A DNA stretch of 32,000 bases from the NCBI RefSeq assembly GCF_001598795.1, contig NZ_BCZP01000003.1, positions 330,001 through 362,000 of the forward strand. Reading direction: 5' to 3'. Below the pieces are notes generated by a model. It saw only the letters and a program-made list of their open reading frames with translations. It had not been told where the DNA came from and ran no database searches. The stretch comes from Delftia acidovorans NBRC 14950. Lineage in GTDB: Bacteria > Pseudomonadota > Gammaproteobacteria > Burkholderiales > Burkholderiaceae_C. Made by a program: the position numbers and the translations under genes. Shown piece after piece: positions 8,355-16,285 of this stretch; positions within the stretch are counted from its first letter, which is position 1, and each line of letters starts with the position of its first letter.

Positions 8355-9686
8355 TCAATTCACCGATGCACCAGACTCGTACCAGCGCTTGACCATGCTG
8401 CGCTCGTCATCGTTCAGGGCACCCGGATTGCCAAAGGGCATCTTGCGCAGTTGCACCACCTGCTGGTAGATCTGCTGGGCGTGTGCCTTGACCTGCTCGG
8501 GCGAGTCCAGGCGCACATTCTTTTGCTGCAGGGCGGCACCGTGGCAGACCACGCAATGCTGCTGCAAGAAGGGCGCCATCTGGGCGTAGCCCACGGCGCC
8601 GTCGGCGGCGGGAGCAGCGGCCGCAACGGGTGCAGCAGCTTCGGCACCGGGCACCGCCGTCGCAGCGGGCTCGGCACCAGCAGGCGCCTGCACGGCAGCG
8701 GGAGCCGGTGCGGGGGCTGCGGCAGGCGCAGACACAGGGGCGGCGGCAGGCGCCGGTGCAGGCTTGAGCCAGACGGCCGTGCCGATCAGCACCAGCACGC
8801 CGACCAGGGCGTAGGGCCAGGGATGGGCATTGCGGCCCAGCTTGAAGCCGTGGCGCATCACGAAGAACTGGCGGATGGCAGCGCCCGCGAACATCATCAG
8901 GATCAGCACCAGCCAGTTCAGCTCATGGCTGTAGAGCCAGCCGTAGTGGTTGGACAGCATGGCGAACAGCACCGGCAGCGTGAAGTACGTGTTGTGCACG
9001 CTGCGCTGCTTGCCGCGCTTGCCGTGGATGGGGTCCACGGGCTGGCCTTCCTTCAGGGCCTTCACCACCGTGCGCTGGCCGGGGATGATCCAGAAGAACA
9101 CGTTGGCGCTCATCGAGGTCGCCAGCATGGCGCCCATCAGCAGGAAGGCGGCCTGGCCCGGGAAGATGTGGCAGGCCAGGAAGGCCGCGATGCACACCAG
9201 CACCAGCACCATGGCGCCCACCGTGGCGTCGCCGTTCTTCTTCTGGCCGAAGACGCGGCAGATGCCGTCGTACAGCAGCCAGAACACGACCAGGAAGGCC
9301 AGGGCCGAGGCAATGGCCGCAGCCGAGCCCATGGCGTTGGGATCGGCCGGATTGACGAGGTAGATCTTGGCGTTCCACAGATACGACACCGTCAGCAGCG
9401 CAAAGCCGCTGAGCCAGGTGGTGTAGCTTTCCCAGTAGAACCAGTGCAGGTGGTCCGGCAGCTTGGGCGGGGAGACATTGAACTTGACGGGGTGGTAGAA
9501 CCCACCGCCGTGCACGGCCCAGAGTTCGCCGCTGACGCCCTGCTTTTTGAGGTCGTCATCGACAGGCGGCGTCAGGCTGCTGTCGAGGAAGACGAAATAG
9601 AAGGAGGAACCGACCCAAGCGATGGCCGTAATGACGTGGAGCCACCGCAACAGCAGGTTGGCCCAGTCGAGAATGTAGCTTTCCAT
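8355..9686 (-). CDS. puuD: Urate hydroxylase PuuD (integral-membrane, cytochrome c-fused urate oxidase)
   Basis: N-terminus MESYILDWANLLLRWLHVITAIAWVGSSFYFVFLD... and multiple TM segments are typical of the PuuD membrane family. A ~55-aa Ala/Pro-rich linker leads to a C-terminal c-type haem motif, CVVCH. ATG 9686 (AAGG..GAGAG upstream) is preferred over the in-frame TTG 9695. Confidence 0.85.
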   Translation of the reverse strand: MESYILDWANLLLRWLHVITAIAWVGSSFYFVFLDSSLTPPVDDDLKKQGVSGELWAVHGGGFYHPVKFNVSPPKLPDHLHWFYWESYTTWLSGFALLTVSYLWNAKIYLVNPADPNAMGSAAAIASALAFLVVFWLLYDGICRVFGQKKNGDATVGAMVLVLVCIAAFLACHIFPGQAAFLLMGAMLATSMSANVFFWIIPGQRTVVKALKEGQPVDPIHGKRGKQRSVHNTYFTLPVLFAMLSNHYGWLYSHELNWLVLILMMFAGAAIRQFFVMRHGFKLGRNAHPWPYALVGVLVLIGTAVWLKPAPAPAAAPVSAPAAAPAPAPAAVQAPAGAEPAATAVPGAEAAAPVAAAAPAADGAVGYAQMAPFLQQHCVVCHGAALQQKNVRLDSPEQVKAHAQQIYQQVVQLRKMPFGNPGALNDDERSMVKRWYESGASVN

Positions 9687-9824
9687 AGCTCTCAACCTTG
9701 GCAGCGTGGGGGCCGCCGGTGTTCAACCTGCTCACCACTGCGGGCGCTCTGAGCAGAAGAAAAAGGCCGCGCACCCGGTAGATATACCGCCGGTGCACCG
9801 CTGCGACCATTTCGTAGACACAAA

Positions 9825-9844
9825 GTGTATGCAATTTTTCGATA
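9825..9844. promoter_or_regulatory. Copy A of the TGTATACA-type operator motif (xdhC-puuD intergenic)
   Basis: GTGTATGCAATTTTTCGATA, 139 bp upstream of the puuD ATG. Aligns with the sites at 14137, 25742 and 30809. Preceded by GTAGACA (9814-9820), exactly as at site C. Confidence 0.55.
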
Positions 9845-9872
9845 GCCAGCCGGCTTGCGCGACATCAATTCA

Positions 9873-10757
9873 CTAGAGATTTCCCTGATTCTGCGCGGGC
9901 GCGGCGCTGCGCCGCTGCAGCAGCTGCGCCGCCACGGCCACCGCAATCACCTCAGGCTCCTTGCCCTTGATGCCGGGCACGCCGATGGGGCATGTCACAT
10001 GGTCCAGCTCCGCATCGCTGAAACCACGCTCGCGCAGCCTGCGCCGGAAGGTGGCCCATTTGGTGGCGCTGCCGATCAGGCCCACATAGGGCAGGTCGCC
10101 GTGCTGGCGCTGGCGGCTCAGGCATTGGGCGACCACCTCCAGGTCCTCGGCATGGCTGAAGCTCATGATCAGCACCTGGGAGCCGGTGGGCAGGTCGGCC
10201 ACGGCGGACTGCACGGGATCGGAGTATTCACACTGCACGAGCTCGTGCTCCTCCTCGGGGAAGACCGAATCGCGGCTGTCCACCCACATCACGCGGTAGG
10301 GAAGATTGCACAGCAGGCGCACCAGCGCATGGCCGACGTGGCCTGCGCCGAACAGCGCCACGCAGTCGCGTGGCGGTTGCAGCCGCTCGCGCAGCATGTC
10401 CATGCGGCCCTGGGGCACCAGCACGAACCTCAGCATCACCACGCCGCCGCAGCACTGGCCCAGGCTGGGGCCCAGCGGATAGCGGTGCTGGTGCTCGGCG
10501 AGGGCGGGACCGGCCTGCCCAGGCTGTCCGGGCAATCCGGCCTGAAGGGCAGCGTCGCGCAGCAGGCTGCGCGCGCGGTCGATGGCGTCGAACTCCAGGT
10601 GCCCGCCGCCAATGGTGCCGGCCACGCGGTCGGCAAACACGGCCATCCAGGCGCCGCGCTCGCGCGGCACCGAGCCGCGCGACTCCATTACCTCGACCCA
10701 GCACAGCGGCCCCTGCGCAAGGCCCTGCTCGACTTTCTTGAACGTGTCACTCCACAT
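9873..10757 (-). CDS. xdhC: Xanthine dehydrogenase accessory (Moco-insertion) protein XdhC
   Basis: 294-aa ORF. ...VMESRGSVPRERGAWMAV...GTIGGGHLEFDAI... and the Rossmann-like ALFGAGHVGHALVRLL are characteristic of the XdhC/CoxI family. Confidence 0.85.
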   Translation of the reverse strand: MWSDTFKKVEQGLAQGPLCWVEVMESRGSVPRERGAWMAVFADRVAGTIGGGHLEFDAIDRARSLLRDAALQAGLPGQPGQAGPALAEHQHRYPLGPSLGQCCGGVVMLRFVLVPQGRMDMLRERLQPPRDCVALFGAGHVGHALVRLLCNLPYRVMWVDSRDSVFPEEEHELVQCEYSDPVQSAVADLPTGSQVLIMSFSHAEDLEVVAQCLSRQRQHGDLPYVGLIGSATKWATFRRRLRERGFSDAELDHVTCPIGVPGIKGKEPEVIAVAVAAQLLQRRSAAPAQNQGNL

Positions 10758-10887
10758 GGGCGCACCTGACAGCCCGTCGTGGCGCCTGCGGGCTTCGTTG
10801 GAATTTGTTGCGGGATTTTCCGCTGCGGCACTTGAGTTTTGCGCTCCGACTGCCGGTGCCGCAGCGTTTCAGGATACGCTCGCAATC

Positions 10888-11376
10888 ATGCCCGATTCCC
10901 CCGATTCCTCTCAGCACAGTTCCGTGCAAAAGCCACTTTCCGGCCGTCCCTGGCTGTGGGCGGGACTGATGGCCGCCATTGCCTCCCTGGTCACGGCCTG
11001 CAAGTCGCCACCCGGCCCCGGCCCGCGCCCCGACGAGGCCACCTCCAGCGCACAGCTGCAGTACCGCAAGGTGGCAGCCAACCATCTGTACGCGCGCAAT
11101 GCCGAGCGCATCTACAAGGGCCAATTGCCGCCCATGCTCTACGCGATCGGCGTGCTGCAGGTGCAGATCGACCGCAACGGCCAGGTCCAGCGCCTGCACT
11201 GGATGCGCGCGCCCAGCCATGCCCCCGAAGTGGTGAGCGAGATCGAGCGCCTGGTGCGCGCCGCCGCGCCCTTCCCCGCCCCGGCCGGCGCCGCCCGCAT
11301 CACCTATACCGATACCTGGCTCTGGGACAAGTCCGGCCGCTTCCAGCTCGACACGCTGACCGAAGGCCAGCTCTGA
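10888..11376 (+). CDS. Small lipoprotein with TonB-C-terminal-like domain
   Basis: In-frame ATG 10888. Hydrophobic signal segment with lipobox LVTAC. Pro-rich spacer, then ...LPPMLYAIGVLQVQIDRNGQVQRLHWMRAPSHAPEVVSEIERLVRAAAPFPAP..., which resembles the TonB C-terminal fold. Confidence 0.65.
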   Translation: MPDSPDSSQHSSVQKPLSGRPWLWAGLMAAIASLVTACKSPPGPGPRPDEATSSAQLQYRKVAANHLYARNAERIYKGQLPPMLYAIGVLQVQIDRNGQVQRLHWMRAPSHAPEVVSEIERLVRAAAPFPAPAGAARITYTDTWLWDKSGRFQLDTLTEGQL

Positions 11377-11389
11377 GCCTCAGCACGGT

Positions 11390-11779
11390 TCAGGCAGATT
11401 CACGCGGCTGGCCGTCGGCAAAGCTCCTGGCGCTTCTGAGCAGGCAGGTCACGGCATACAGCACCAGGTCGTCCGGGGCATCGTCGTTCACGCGGTTGAT
11501 GACCTCGATGGCATAGCCCAGGTCCTGCGACATCTGCGGCAGCACGCCTGCCGAGCGGTCGCCGGCCTGCAGGCCGGCCACGGCCTGGTCAGCGCTGGCG
11601 TGGTAGCCACGCAGCAAATCACGCGCGGCAAACACCATGGCCGAGCCGGCGCGTTCGGCATGCAGCTCCAGCACGCCCAGGGCTGCGCCCATGTGGCACA
11701 GCGCATCGACCGCCAGTACCTCCTGGTGCTGTGGTGAGTATCTTCGGTGACTGCGGCCCGATGGGTTGACTGTCTTCAT
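11390..11779 (-). CDS. Hypothetical protein
   Basis: 130-aa ORF from ATG 11779, preceded by AAGGGGAG. G/C-rich third positions over most of its length. No recognisable domain. The first ~15 codons have atypical codon usage, so the true start could lie further in. Confidence 0.5.
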   Translation of the reverse strand: MKTVNPSGRSHRRYSPQHQEVLAVDALCHMGAALGVLELHAERAGSAMVFAARDLLRGYHASADQAVAGLQAGDRSAGVLPQMSQDLGYAIEVINRVNDDAPDDLVLYAVTCLLRSARSFADGQPRESA

Positions 11780-11793
11780 GGCTCCCCTTGCGC

Positions 11794-11859
11794 GGGACCG
11801 TGCTGGTCCCGAAGCAACAATACCTTTCAGGTCCCTTGCAGTCAATACCTTTCCGGTCC
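11794..11859. promoter_or_regulatory. Divergent promoter/operator region of the Arc-like gene and the hypothetical gene
   Basis: Inverted repeat GGGACC-N5-GGTCCC (11794-11810). Two 17-bp direct repeats CAATACCTTTC(A/C)GGTCC (11818-11834 and 11843-11859, 25-bp period). GGTCC therefore recurs three times at ~25-bp spacing. Confidence 0.55.
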
Positions 11860-11872
11860 ATGATTGCCGGCG

Positions 11873-12202
11873 ATGAAACAGACCGATCCTCAGTACAAGC
11901 TGCGCCTGCCGCAGGAACTCAAGGACCTCGTCGAGGAGGCAGCCAAGCGCACCGGCCGTTCCATGAACGCCGAAGTCGTGGCCCGGCTGCAGACCACGTT
12001 CGAGGCCCCTCTGCTCGGCCGCCTGTCGGCCGCGACGGACCCTGCGCTGGAATGCGAGGAGCCCGTGAGCATCTACGACATCAAGATGAGCGCCGAAGCC
12101 GTGGAGCGCATCGAAAAGCGCCTCGAACGCATAGAGCAGGCCGTGCTCCCGCCCGCTGCGCCGGGCAGCGCCAATGAAGACGGCGCCGCTGGCGCCGACT
12201 GA
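11873..12202 (+). CDS. Arc-family (ribbon-helix-helix) DNA-binding protein
   Basis: MKQTDPQYKLRLPQELKDLVEEAAKRTGRSMNAEVVARLQTTF is a typical Arc/Mnt-type RHH N-terminus. The C-terminal ~60 aa look helical (AEAVERIEKRLERIEQAV). ATG 11873 is preferred over the in-frame TTG 11864. Confidence 0.75.
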   Translation: MKQTDPQYKLRLPQELKDLVEEAAKRTGRSMNAEVVARLQTTFEAPLLGRLSAATDPALECEEPVSIYDIKMSAEAVERIEKRLERIEQAVLPPAAPGSANEDGAAGAD

Positions 12203-12215
12203 GACGACCGCACAA

Positions 12216-12245
12216 AGAAAAACCGGCCCGCAGGCCGGTTTCGTT
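12216..12245. terminator. Bidirectional intrinsic terminator (Arc-like gene / SYLF gene, convergent)
   Basis: AGAAAAACCGGCC-CGCA-GGCCGGTTTCGTT: an 8-bp GC stem flanked by an A-run and a T-rich run. Confidence 0.75.
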
Positions 12246-12267
12246 CAAAGGCCCCTCAGGGCCTGGA

Positions 12268-12852
12268 TCACTCGACCACTTTGGTGATCTTCGAGCCCTG
12301 CAGCGACACGCCGGCTTCCAGGCCTGCATTGGTCAGCACATAGCTGGTCACGGGGCCCTGGGCGGTCGTGGTGTCCACGCTGCCATTGGCGCCCACCTTG
12401 CCTGCAGCCACCGTGGCATCGGCGCCCACGGACCAGCCGTCGCTGGCCAGGAACTTGTCCAGCGCTTCCTGGGTGTTGAACACATAGATCACAGCCTTGG
12501 ACTGGCCACCGGCCTGCCAGCCCACCGAGGCGCCGGTCGTGCTGTAGTAGCCCTTGTTCTGGCCGCCGACGCGCAGCACGCCGCGGCCATGCTCGACACC
12601 GATGACGAAGCTGCCGCCGATCACCGAGGGGAAGATCAGCACGCCCTTGGAGCGGGCCACCATTTCCTTGGAGCCTGGCGCCGTCTGGTACAGCCGCTCC
12701 AGCGCGGCGTTGGCGCGCGCATTGACGGTGGTGGCATCAGCGCGCGGCGCGGACTGGGTTTCCGGCTTGGTGGTGGTGCAGCCGACCATGGCAATGCTGC
12801 CGGCCGCCAGTGCAGTGGCCATCACGACGGTACGCAAAGAAAACTGACGCAT
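12268..12852 (-). CDS. SYLF (Ysc84-like, DUF500) domain lipoprotein
   Basis: ATG 12852 gives MRQFSLRTVVMATALAAGSIAMVGC (lipobox). The body ...GVLIFPSVIGGSFVIGVEHGRGVLRVGG...GASVGWQAGGQSKAVIYVF...DGWSVGADATVAAGKVGANG... is typical of the SYLF domain. Confidence 0.8.
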   Translation of the reverse strand: MRQFSLRTVVMATALAAGSIAMVGCTTTKPETQSAPRADATTVNARANAALERLYQTAPGSKEMVARSKGVLIFPSVIGGSFVIGVEHGRGVLRVGGQNKGYYSTTGASVGWQAGGQSKAVIYVFNTQEALDKFLASDGWSVGADATVAAGKVGANGSVDTTTAQGPVTSYVLTNAGLEAGVSLQGSKITKVVE

Positions 12853-13003
12853 GGGAAAACCTGCCTTTCTTGATTGGACGTTTTGGGGAGACCCCATCGG
12901 TTCATTGGATTGATCACCTTGCCTCCCGGTCCCGGGCACCCCTTCCAGTGCTCGCAAACCGTTTCTGAGACAGGCTGGGGATGATGCTAGGCCGCTTTGC
13001 GGT

Positions 13004-13028
13004 ACTTGTGATGAGACATGTCACAAGT
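13004..13028. promoter_or_regulatory. Perfect 8-bp inverted repeat ACTTGTGA-N9-TCACAAGT in the SYLF/doxX divergent region
   Basis: Read directly from the sequence. The half-sites resemble CRP-type TGTGA/TCACA, but the spacer is 9 nt, not 6. Confidence 0.35.
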
Positions 13029-13170
13029 TGCGCCATAGGACTACAGGCCCGCAGGAAATGTCTGAAAATCCCGTGCCGGGCCGCCACAGCCGACACCTAA
13101 AGCGCGCTGATGCCAGAATGCACCCACAGCAACACCCGGCCCACCGGGCCTATCCACACCGAGGGAGTTC

Positions 13171-13560
13171 ATGAAGTTCTGGAGCCACTTTCACCATCCC
13201 CAGGCAGCCATGGTGCTGCTGCGCGTCACGCTCGCGGTCCTGTTGCTTTTTCACGGCTGGGCCAAGCTGCGCTACGGCATAGGCAGCATCGAGCGCATGG
13301 TGGAGTCCACGGGCGCACCGGGCTGGCTGGCCTATGCGGTCTATCTGGGTGAGGTGGTGGCGCCGCTGCTGCTGCTGGTGGGCCTGTGGGTGGTGCCTGC
13401 GGCGCTGGTGATTGCGATCAACATGGTCGTGGCCTTTGCGCTGGTGCACACGGGCCAGGTGATGCAGCTGCACAGCTCGGGAGGCTGGGCGCTGGAGCTG
13501 CAGGCCTTCTTCTTCATCACGGCCCTGGTCGTGGCCATGGGGCACGCCAAGGGCAAGTAG
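13171..13560 (+). CDS. DoxX-family inner-membrane protein
   Basis: 129-aa ORF with GAGGGAG SD. ...LLRVTLAVLLLFHGWAKL... and four hydrophobic segments are typical of DoxX. Confidence 0.8.
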   Translation: MKFWSHFHHPQAAMVLLRVTLAVLLLFHGWAKLRYGIGSIERMVESTGAPGWLAYAVYLGEVVAPLLLLVGLWVVPAALVIAINMVVAFALVHTGQVMQLHSSGGWALELQAFFFITALVVAMGHAKGK

Positions 13561-13599
13561 CCTGCCTTCTTGCAGAGACAGGAACAGAAACAAGAGCAG

Positions 13600-13631
13600 G
13601 AACGGCCCGCAATGCGGGCCGTTCTTCGTTT
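13600..13631 (+). terminator. Intrinsic terminator after doxX
   Basis: GAACGGCCCGC-AAT-GCGGGCCGTTC (11-bp perfect stem) followed by TTCGTTT. Confidence 0.8.
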
Positions 13632-13678
13632 CAGGGCTCACTCCAGGCCATCCCCCGACAGCCTGCCTGCAACAGGGC

Positions 13679-14029
13679 TCAGGAGCCCCGGTACGTGGAA
13701 TAACTCCAGGGGCTGACCAGCAGGGGCACGTGGTAGTGCTGGTCGGCATGGGCCACGCCGAAGTCCAGGCTCACCTTGTTGAGGAAGTTGGGCTCGGGCA
13801 GTTGCACGCCACGGGCCTTGAAGTAGGCCGCCACGTCGAAGGTCAGGCGGTAGGTGCCGGTCCTGAGGCTGTTGTTGTCGAACAGCGGCGCATCGGTACG
13901 GCCGTCGTGGTTGAGCACCAGGCTCTTGATCAGCGTGGCCTGGTCGCCATCGGTGGAATACAGCGCGACAGCCATGCCGGCTGCGGGGCAGCCATTCATG
14001 GTGTCGAGGACGTGGGTGCTCAGGCCCAT
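13679..14029 (-). CDS. uraH: 5-hydroxyisourate hydrolase (transthyretin-like)
   Basis: 116-aa ORF with AGGAGA SD. N-terminal LSTHVLD and the C-terminal tetrapeptide YRGS are diagnostic of HIU hydrolases. Confidence 0.9.
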   Translation of the reverse strand: MGLSTHVLDTMNGCPAAGMAVALYSTDGDQATLIKSLVLNHDGRTDAPLFDNNSLRTGTYRLTFDVAAYFKARGVQLPEPNFLNKVSLDFGVAHADQHYHVPLLVSPWSYSTYRGS

Positions 14030-14136
14030 GGAAATCTCCTGTGCGGCGGGAGCTGGCCCGCCCGGTTGTCATTGGTTGGTCAATGCACGGAGCGCGGCGC
14101 GCGACAGCACTCGCGGCCCTGCCCTGCATTCGCAAA

Positions 14137-14155
14137 GTGTATACAGTTTTTGTAC
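14137..14155. promoter_or_regulatory. Copy B of the TGTATACA-type operator motif (uraH/ggt divergent region)
   Basis: GTGTATACAGTTTTTGTAC, 108 bp upstream of the uraH ATG and 214 bp upstream of the ggt ATG. Confidence 0.6.
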
Positions 14156-14368
14156 GCCCTTGAAGGGCGTTGCACGGCCGACGCCTAGGCAGATACCCGC
14201 ACTTTCGGCGCCCGGGCCGGCGCGCGGGGAGGCTGCCGACGCCATGCTTCTACACTGTGGTCCGCCGCCGCCCTGGCCGCAGGACCCTCCGGCCAGCGCG
14301 CACAGGGCGGCACAGGACTCGCGCTCTTTTTCCACTGTTCCACTGTTTCATCTGCCAAGGAGATACCG

Positions 14369-16189
14369 ATGCAACTTCGCTCCCCCTTGCTTGCAACCAG
14401 CCTGGCGCTGGCCATTGCCAGCCTGGCCGCCTGCAGCAGCACGCAGCCGCCCGCGGCTTCGGCGGCGCCAGCCCCCGTGGCCGCAGCGCCTGCCCCGGCA
14501 GCGGCGCCCATCACGCAGAGCAACGCGGCCCAGGCCGCCAGCGCCGCCTATGACTTCGACATGGATGTGTTCCATCCCGTCGTGGGCAGGAGCGGCATGG
14601 TGGCCAGCGAGCAGGAGCTGGCCTCGCGCATCGGCCTGCAGATCCTGAAGTCCGGCGGCAATGCGGTGGACGCCGCCGTGGCCATGGGCTTTGCGCTGGC
14701 CGTGGCCCTGCCCAACGCAGGCAACATCGGCGGCGGCGGCTTCATGGTGGTGCATGACGCCAAGAGCGGCAAGAACATTGCGCTGGACTTCCGCGAGGTC
14801 GCGCCCTCCAAGGCCACGCGCGACATGTACGTGGGTGCGGATGGCAAGGTCATCGATGGCAAATCGCTCTACACCCACTACGCCGTGGGCGTGCCCGGCA
14901 CCGTGGCCGGCATGGAGCATGCGCTGAAGAAATGGGGATCGCTGCCTTTGTCCACGGTGATTGCGCCGGCCGCAAAGCTGGCCGACAAGGGCTTCCCCGT
15001 CAGCGAGACCCTGGCCCAGATCCTGGAACAGGAAAAGAAGAACATGGGCCAGTGGCCCGCCACCCAGGCCATCTTCTGGCGCAACGGCGAGCCCCTCAAG
15101 CGTGGCGACCGCCTGGTGCAAAAGGACCTGGCGCAGTCGCTGCGCCTGATCGGCCAGCAGGGCTCCAAGGTGTTCTACGAAGGCTCCATCGCCCGCAAGA
15201 TCGCGGCCGAGATGGCGCCGCATGCAGGCGCCCTCTCGCTGCAGGACCTCAAGAGCTACAAGGTCGCCGAGCGCGAGCCACTGCGCGGCACCTACCGCGG
15301 CTACGAGATCGTGACCATGCCGCCTCCGTCCTCCGGCGGCGCCCACCTGATCCAGATCCTCAACATGATGGAACGCTGGCCCATGAACCAGTGGGGCGTC
15401 AACAGCGCGCAGAGCATCCACTACATGGCGGAAAGCATGAAGCTGGCCTATGCCGACCGTGCCGAATACCTGGGTGATCCCGACTTCGTGACCGTGCCGC
15501 TCAAGGGCCTGACCTCCAAGCGCTATGCCGAGGCACTGGCCGCCGGCATCGACCCCTACCAGGCGCGCGCCGGCAAGGACATCCGGCCCGGCAAGCCCCA
15601 GCCCTACGAGAGCGACCAGACCACGCACTACTCGGTGGTGGACAAGGCGGGCAACGCCGTGGCCGTGACCTATACGCTGAACACCAACTTCGGCAGCGGC
15701 ATCGTGGCCAAGGGCACGGGCATCCTGCTCAACAACGAGATGGACGATTTCTCGGCCAAGCCCGGAGTGGCCAACGCGTATGGACTGGTCGGCGGCGATG
15801 CCAACGCGGTGGCCGCAGGCAAGCGCCCGCTGTCGTCGATGACGCCGACCATGGTGCTCAAGGGCGGCAAGCCCGTGCTGGTCACCGGCAGCCCCGGCGG
15901 CGCACGCATCATCACCACCGTGCTGCAGACCGTGGTCAACACCATCGACTTCGGCATGAACCCGGCCGAGGCCGCCGCCACGCCGCGCTTTCACCACCAG
16001 TGGACGCCCGATGAGCTGCGCGTGGAAAAGGGCATCAGCCCCGACACCGTGGCCCTGCTCAAGTCGCGCGGCCACAACGTTGCCGTGAAGGCGTCGATGG
16101 GCCGCACCCAGACCATCGAGCTGCGCGATGGCATGCTCTACGGCGCCTCCGACCCGCGCAACCCCGACGGGCAGACACTGGGCTATTGA
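14369..16189 (+). CDS. ggt: Gamma-glutamyltransferase (lipoprotein-type signal)
   Basis: 606-aa ORF with AGGAGA SD. Signal peptide with LAAC lipobox. Autoprocessing/catalytic Thr context ...YESDQTTHYSVVD.... Other GGT blocks are PPSSGG, GSPGGARIITTV and DPRNPDG. Confidence 0.9.
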   Translation: MQLRSPLLATSLALAIASLAACSSTQPPAASAAPAPVAAAPAPAAAPITQSNAAQAASAAYDFDMDVFHPVVGRSGMVASEQELASRIGLQILKSGGNAVDAAVAMGFALAVALPNAGNIGGGGFMVVHDAKSGKNIALDFREVAPSKATRDMYVGADGKVIDGKSLYTHYAVGVPGTVAGMEHALKKWGSLPLSTVIAPAAKLADKGFPVSETLAQILEQEKKNMGQWPATQAIFWRNGEPLKRGDRLVQKDLAQSLRLIGQQGSKVFYEGSIARKIAAEMAPHAGALSLQDLKSYKVAEREPLRGTYRGYEIVTMPPPSSGGAHLIQILNMMERWPMNQWGVNSAQSIHYMAESMKLAYADRAEYLGDPDFVTVPLKGLTSKRYAEALAAGIDPYQARAGKDIRPGKPQPYESDQTTHYSVVDKAGNAVAVTYTLNTNFGSGIVAKGTGILLNNEMDDFSAKPGVANAYGLVGGDANAVAAGKRPLSSMTPTMVLKGGKPVLVTGSPGGARIITTVLQTVVNTIDFGMNPAEAAATPRFHHQWTPDELRVEKGISPDTVALLKSRGHNVAVKASMGRTQTIELRDGMLYGASDPRNPDGQTLGY

Positions 16190-16195
16190 AGCAAG

Positions 16196-16228
16196 AAAAA
16201 GCCGCGCCCGTTGCCGAGCGCGGCTTTT
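16196..16228. terminator. Bidirectional intrinsic terminator (ggt / glxR, convergent)
   Basis: AAAAAGCCGCGC-N10-GCGCGGCTTTT: a GC stem flanked by an A-run and a T-run. Confidence 0.75.
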
Positions 16229-16285
16229 CACAACAGGGCGGCGCAAGGCCGCCCTCCCACCAATCGTTGTCTCAAAGGCCGGCCA

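Noticed and set aside
8560-8770. Repetitive GC-rich stretch inside puuD as a possible repeat array
   Set aside because: In frame it encodes the Ala/Pro-rich linker (PAPAPAAAPVSAPAAAPAPAPAAVQAPAGAEPAA...) between the membrane domain and the cytochrome c domain. It is low-complexity coding sequence, not a CRISPR or tandem-repeat locus.
131-9752. Other long antisense or alternative-frame ORFs (131-1849 -, 3288-5402 +, 4636-5877 +, 6440-8323 -, 7857-9752 +)
   Set aside because: Each overlaps a gene with recognisable motifs on the other strand or frame. Their compositions are dominated by Arg, Ala, Gly, Pro and His, as expected for GC-rich non-coding frames.
10758-13678. The segment between xdhC and uraH as a mobile element or prophage remnant (because of the Arc-like gene)
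   Set aside because: I found no integrase, transposase, phage structural gene, flanking direct repeats or tRNA. Codon usage looks native apart from the first codons of one ORF. An Arc-like regulator alone is not evidence of mobility.
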